DNA from: Armatimonadota bacterium
GTDB taxonomy: Bacteria; Armatimonadota; UBA5829; DSUL01
NCBI GenBank assembly: GCA_025998755.1
Contig: AP024674.1
Location: 1,936,162-2,000,161, forward strand
DNA: 64,000 bases
Direction of reading: 5' to 3'
The notes beneath the pieces are model-generated. The model worked only from the letters and a program-made list of their open reading frames with translations, did no database searches and had not been told where the DNA came from. A program made the translations under genes and the position numbers. Shown one piece after another: positions 61,224-64,000 of the stretch. Every line of letters starts with the position of its first letter. Position 1 is the first letter of the stretch.

Positions 61224-61883
61224 ATGAATGGCGATTTCAGACCCGGCGGCCCCGGGATAACGGCGCTGGAAGCATCCGGCTCTGTCACCAGTCTTCCTCG
61301 CCCCCACTCGCTGGCAATACTCTCCTGCGGAGTGGGCGCGGACCAGGTTTTGGGAGCGGTGCTCTCCAGTGTGCGATACGGTTCCTCAACGGCGATAGCG
61401 GCGTTTCCTGATGTGCGCAGGGGATTCTGCCGGCTTCTATGCGACCGCCTTTCGGTGGAATGCGGCCTTTCCATCTCGGAGCTGACGGAAACGCAGGCTC
61501 ACACCACGCAATCCCCCTGCATCGTACCTGCACAGTACACGGCACGATGGAGCGAGGCCGCTCCGGGCGGTCCTATCCGTATAGAAGCGGTCGAGATCGA
61601 GGAGGGCGCAGAGGCAGGCTCCCGTCTGCGCAGCGCGTGCTCCTCGGCGATCACAGTGTTCGGCGGCGACATCTGGCTGGTGGTGCTCGCCGGAATGGCA
61701 TCGAACGACATTGTGGAGGCGGCTCGGGTGGTTAAAAACGCGGGAGGAAGGGTGAGCGTGCAGGATGAACCCACATCCCTCATCTGGGACGCTCCCCGGA
61801 GTGTGCTGCAGGCCGGGCTTTCTGATGAGATGCTGCCCCTCTGGGGGGTGAGCGGCCTGCTGGGAATGGCGGCAGAGGGCTAG
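61224..61883 (+). CDS. Degenerate CheB methylesterase-like protein without a receiver domain
   Basis: VVLAGM...V...GG...VQDEPTSLIWDAP..V..AGL.D..LPL matches the CheB C-terminus; the GASTGG and QHMP motifs are lost. Confidence 0.7.
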   Translation: MNGDFRPGGPGITALEASGSVTSLPRPHSLAILSCGVGADQVLGAVLSSVRYGSSTAIAAFPDVRRGFCRLLCDRLSVECGLSISELTETQAHTTQSPCIVPAQYTARWSEAAPGGPIRIEAVEIEEGAEAGSRLRSACSSAITVFGGDIWLVVLAGMASNDIVEAARVVKNAGGRVSVQDEPTSLIWDAPRSVLQAGLSDEMLPLWGVSGLLGMAAEG

Positions 61884-61887
61884 CGGG

Positions 61888-63624
61888 ATGGTCTCAGCAG
61901 ACACCTTTTACCGCAACAGACTGGGGGGTATCCTCCTGGCAGCGGGGCTGGTCTCGGAAAAGGAGATCGAGGATGCCCTAGATACGCAGCGTCAAACCGG
62001 CCAGAGGCTCGGAGACACGCTGGTGCAGGCGGGCCTGGTCCACGAGGAGGATATCGTGGAGGCCCGGAGCCTGCAACTGGATATCCCGCACGTGCATCTT
62101 GTGCCTGAGCAGGTTGACCCGGAGGTCGCCCGCCTGGTGCCCGAACCCATTGCTCGGCAGTATCAGCTTGTGCCCATCAGCGCCCGCGACGACTGCCTGG
62201 TCATCGCGATGTTCGATCCGCTGGACGTGGAAGCTGTGGATCTGGTCCAGCGGGTGACCCGCCGCAATGTCAAGCCGGTGGTTGCGAGCGAGCAAGCCAT
62301 TACCGCCCTCATAGACGCCACCTGGGGCGGCGGCCAGAGCGCGGAGCTCGCGGAGGTCCTGGAGGAGGCGATGGACTCCATGAGCGACCTGGAGGTGGCA
62401 GAGTCCGCGGACGAAGAAGAAGGCGACCTCGCCGAGGCCCGGCGGATGAGCGAACAGGCGCCCATCGTCCGGACGGTAAACCACATCCTGCGGGATGCCG
62501 TCAACCTCGGCGCAAGCGACATCCACGTTGAGCCGCGATCAAACGGGTGCCTGGTGCGCTTCCGCGTGGATGGAGCGTTGCGGGACGTCAAACTGCTGCC
62601 AAAACCCATCCAGGCGGCCATCATCTCCCGATTGAAGATCATGGGAGATCTGGACATCGCCGAGAAGCGGCTGCCCCAGGACGGCCGCATCACCATCCGC
62701 GTGGCGCGCCGGACCGTGGATATCCGGCTATCCACTTTGCCCACCCATCACGGCGAGCGCGTCGTGATGCGGCTGCTGGACAAGAGCGTCAACGCTCTGA
62801 AGCTGGAGCAGCTCGGCTTCTCGGATCATGGGCTGGACGCCATCCGGCAGATCATCCGCAAACCCTACGGAATCGTCCTGGTCACGGGGCCGACCGGAAG
62901 CGGCAAGACCACCACGCTGTACTCCTGCCTCAGCGAGGTGCGCAGCCCGGAGATCAACATCATCACGGTGGAGGATCCCATCGAGTACGAGCTGGAGGGC
63001 GTCAGCCAGTCGGCAGTCAACGTGAAAGCCGGGTTGACCTTCGCCAAGCAGCTGCGCGCCATATTGCGTCAGGATCCGGATGTCATCCTGGTGGGTGAGA
63101 TCAGGGACCAGGAGACCGCCGACATCGCCTTCCGCGCTAGTATGACCGGGCATCTGGTCTTCAGCACTTTGCACTGCAATGATGCTGCCGGCGCGTTCGC
63201 CCGACTTACGGATATGGGCGTGGAGCCGTTCCTGATCGCGTCCTCCCTCAGCGCGGTGCTGGCTCAAAGGCTGGTGCGCACCATCTGCCCCGCTTGCCGC
63301 GAGCAGTATGAACCGGGGCCCGAAGAGGCAGCCCTGCTGGCCGCCAATGGGATAGACGCGGCCGGGTTGCGCCTGGCGCGCGGCCGCGGCTGTAAGACTT
63401 GCGCCAACACGGGCTTCAAGGGCCGCACTCTGGTGTCCGAAGTGTTGCCGGTCTCCAGCGAGATCCGTCGGATGGCGGTGAGGTGCGAGTCTGCGGACGT
63501 GATCCGAGCCCAGGCTATCGCCGAAGGGATGAGCTCAATGCGCCAGGACGCATTCCGCAAAGTGGTGGAAGGCCTGACCACACTGGATGAGATTTGCCGG
63601 AAAGTGCTGGTGACTGAGGAATAG
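61888..63624 (+). CDS. PilB/GspE family ATPase with N-terminal MshEN domain
   Basis: Two RLG..L...G motifs; ASDIHVEP, RVDG, PQDGR, GPTGSGKTTTLY, EDPIEY, LRQDPD, TGHLVFSTLH, CPAC...CKTC. Confidence 0.95.
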   Translation: MVSADTFYRNRLGGILLAAGLVSEKEIEDALDTQRQTGQRLGDTLVQAGLVHEEDIVEARSLQLDIPHVHLVPEQVDPEVARLVPEPIARQYQLVPISARDDCLVIAMFDPLDVEAVDLVQRVTRRNVKPVVASEQAITALIDATWGGGQSAELAEVLEEAMDSMSDLEVAESADEEEGDLAEARRMSEQAPIVRTVNHILRDAVNLGASDIHVEPRSNGCLVRFRVDGALRDVKLLPKPIQAAIISRLKIMGDLDIAEKRLPQDGRITIRVARRTVDIRLSTLPTHHGERVVMRLLDKSVNALKLEQLGFSDHGLDAIRQIIRKPYGIVLVTGPTGSGKTTTLYSCLSEVRSPEINIITVEDPIEYELEGVSQSAVNVKAGLTFAKQLRAILRQDPDVILVGEIRDQETADIAFRASMTGHLVFSTLHCNDAAGAFARLTDMGVEPFLIASSLSAVLAQRLVRTICPACREQYEPGPEEAALLAANGIDAAGLRLARGRGCKTCANTGFKGRTLVSEVLPVSSEIRRMAVRCESADVIRAQAIAEGMSSMRQDAFRKVVEGLTTLDEICRKVLVTEE

Positions 63625-63756
63625 ACCGCCCAGGTTGTGCTTCAGAGGCCAGGGACGCTATGATTGGGGCTGGGCGCCGGACAGGCGGCCAGCCCTTTTC
63701 TGCGCGGTTACACGCCGAAAGGCCCCATGCTCCGGCTCCGGCGGGATGGACAGGAT

Positions 63757-64000
63757 ATGGAGTTCACGCAATCCCTTGAACTGCTGAGTCAGGCTGAAGC
63801 ATTGCTGCCGGGAGGGGTGAACAGCCCCGTCCGAGCATTTCGGGCGGTGGAGGGCACCCCACCGTTCATCGTCCGGGCAGAAGGTTGCCGCCTTACGGAC
63901 GCAGACGGCAACGAGTTCATTGACTATGTCGGCTCCTGGGGGCCGATGTTGTTCGGGCACGCCCGGCAGGAGGTGGTGCGCGCCGTGCAAGAGGCTGCGC
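63757..64000 (+). CDS. hemL: Glutamate-1-semialdehyde 2,1-aminomutase, 5' part
   Basis: Manual translation [12 protein letters not shown]...[21 protein letters not shown]; open at the right edge. Confidence 0.95.
   Translation, partial: MEFTQSLELLSQAEALLPGGVNSPVRAFRAVEGTPPFIVRAEGCRLTDADGNEFIDYVGSWGPMLFGHARQEVVRAVQEAA

Overview
High-GC bacterial chromosomal window, probably Armatimonadota (inferred from a PEP-CTERM protein, a DUF1559 prepilin-like protein, a URO-D-like protein and a characteristic secreted-protein C-terminal motif). Housekeeping genes: gatCAB-gpsA, a tRNA(Thr,Tyr,Thr)-tuf-rpmG-tRNA(Trp)-secE-nusG operon, lepA, nfo, ferritin, hisF and a partial hemL. Accessory content: (i) a tightly coupled aminotransferase/AraA-like isomerase/FGGY kinase/class I aldolase operon that looks like an uncharacterised amino-sugar or amino-alditol catabolic route; (ii) the exonuclease-ligase-Lhr-core-MPE DNA repair cluster with a Ca2+/cation antiporter inserted in it and an EEP gene appended, all five junctions being 4-nt overlaps; (iii) a GIDE-LemA fusion next to a metallopeptidase; (iv) a 1010-aa secreted protein with a PDZ domain inserted into a CBM9-like domain; (v) a Crp/Fnr regulator, an FNR-type box and a minimal siroheme/4Fe-4S protein; (vi) a split ComEC with a degenerate nuclease half and a catalytically degenerate CheB next to an MshEN-PilB ATPase; (vii) three apparent deletion scars (ECF sigma, TauE, a large secreted protein), a dispersed 40-bp REP-like palindrome, and a tuf gene with strongly G/T-biased third codon positions. 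No CRISPR array, rRNA, transposase or prophage gene was seen. All family assignments come from motif recognition by eye, not database searches; several start codons were moved from the ORF track on the basis of RBS position and gene overlaps.
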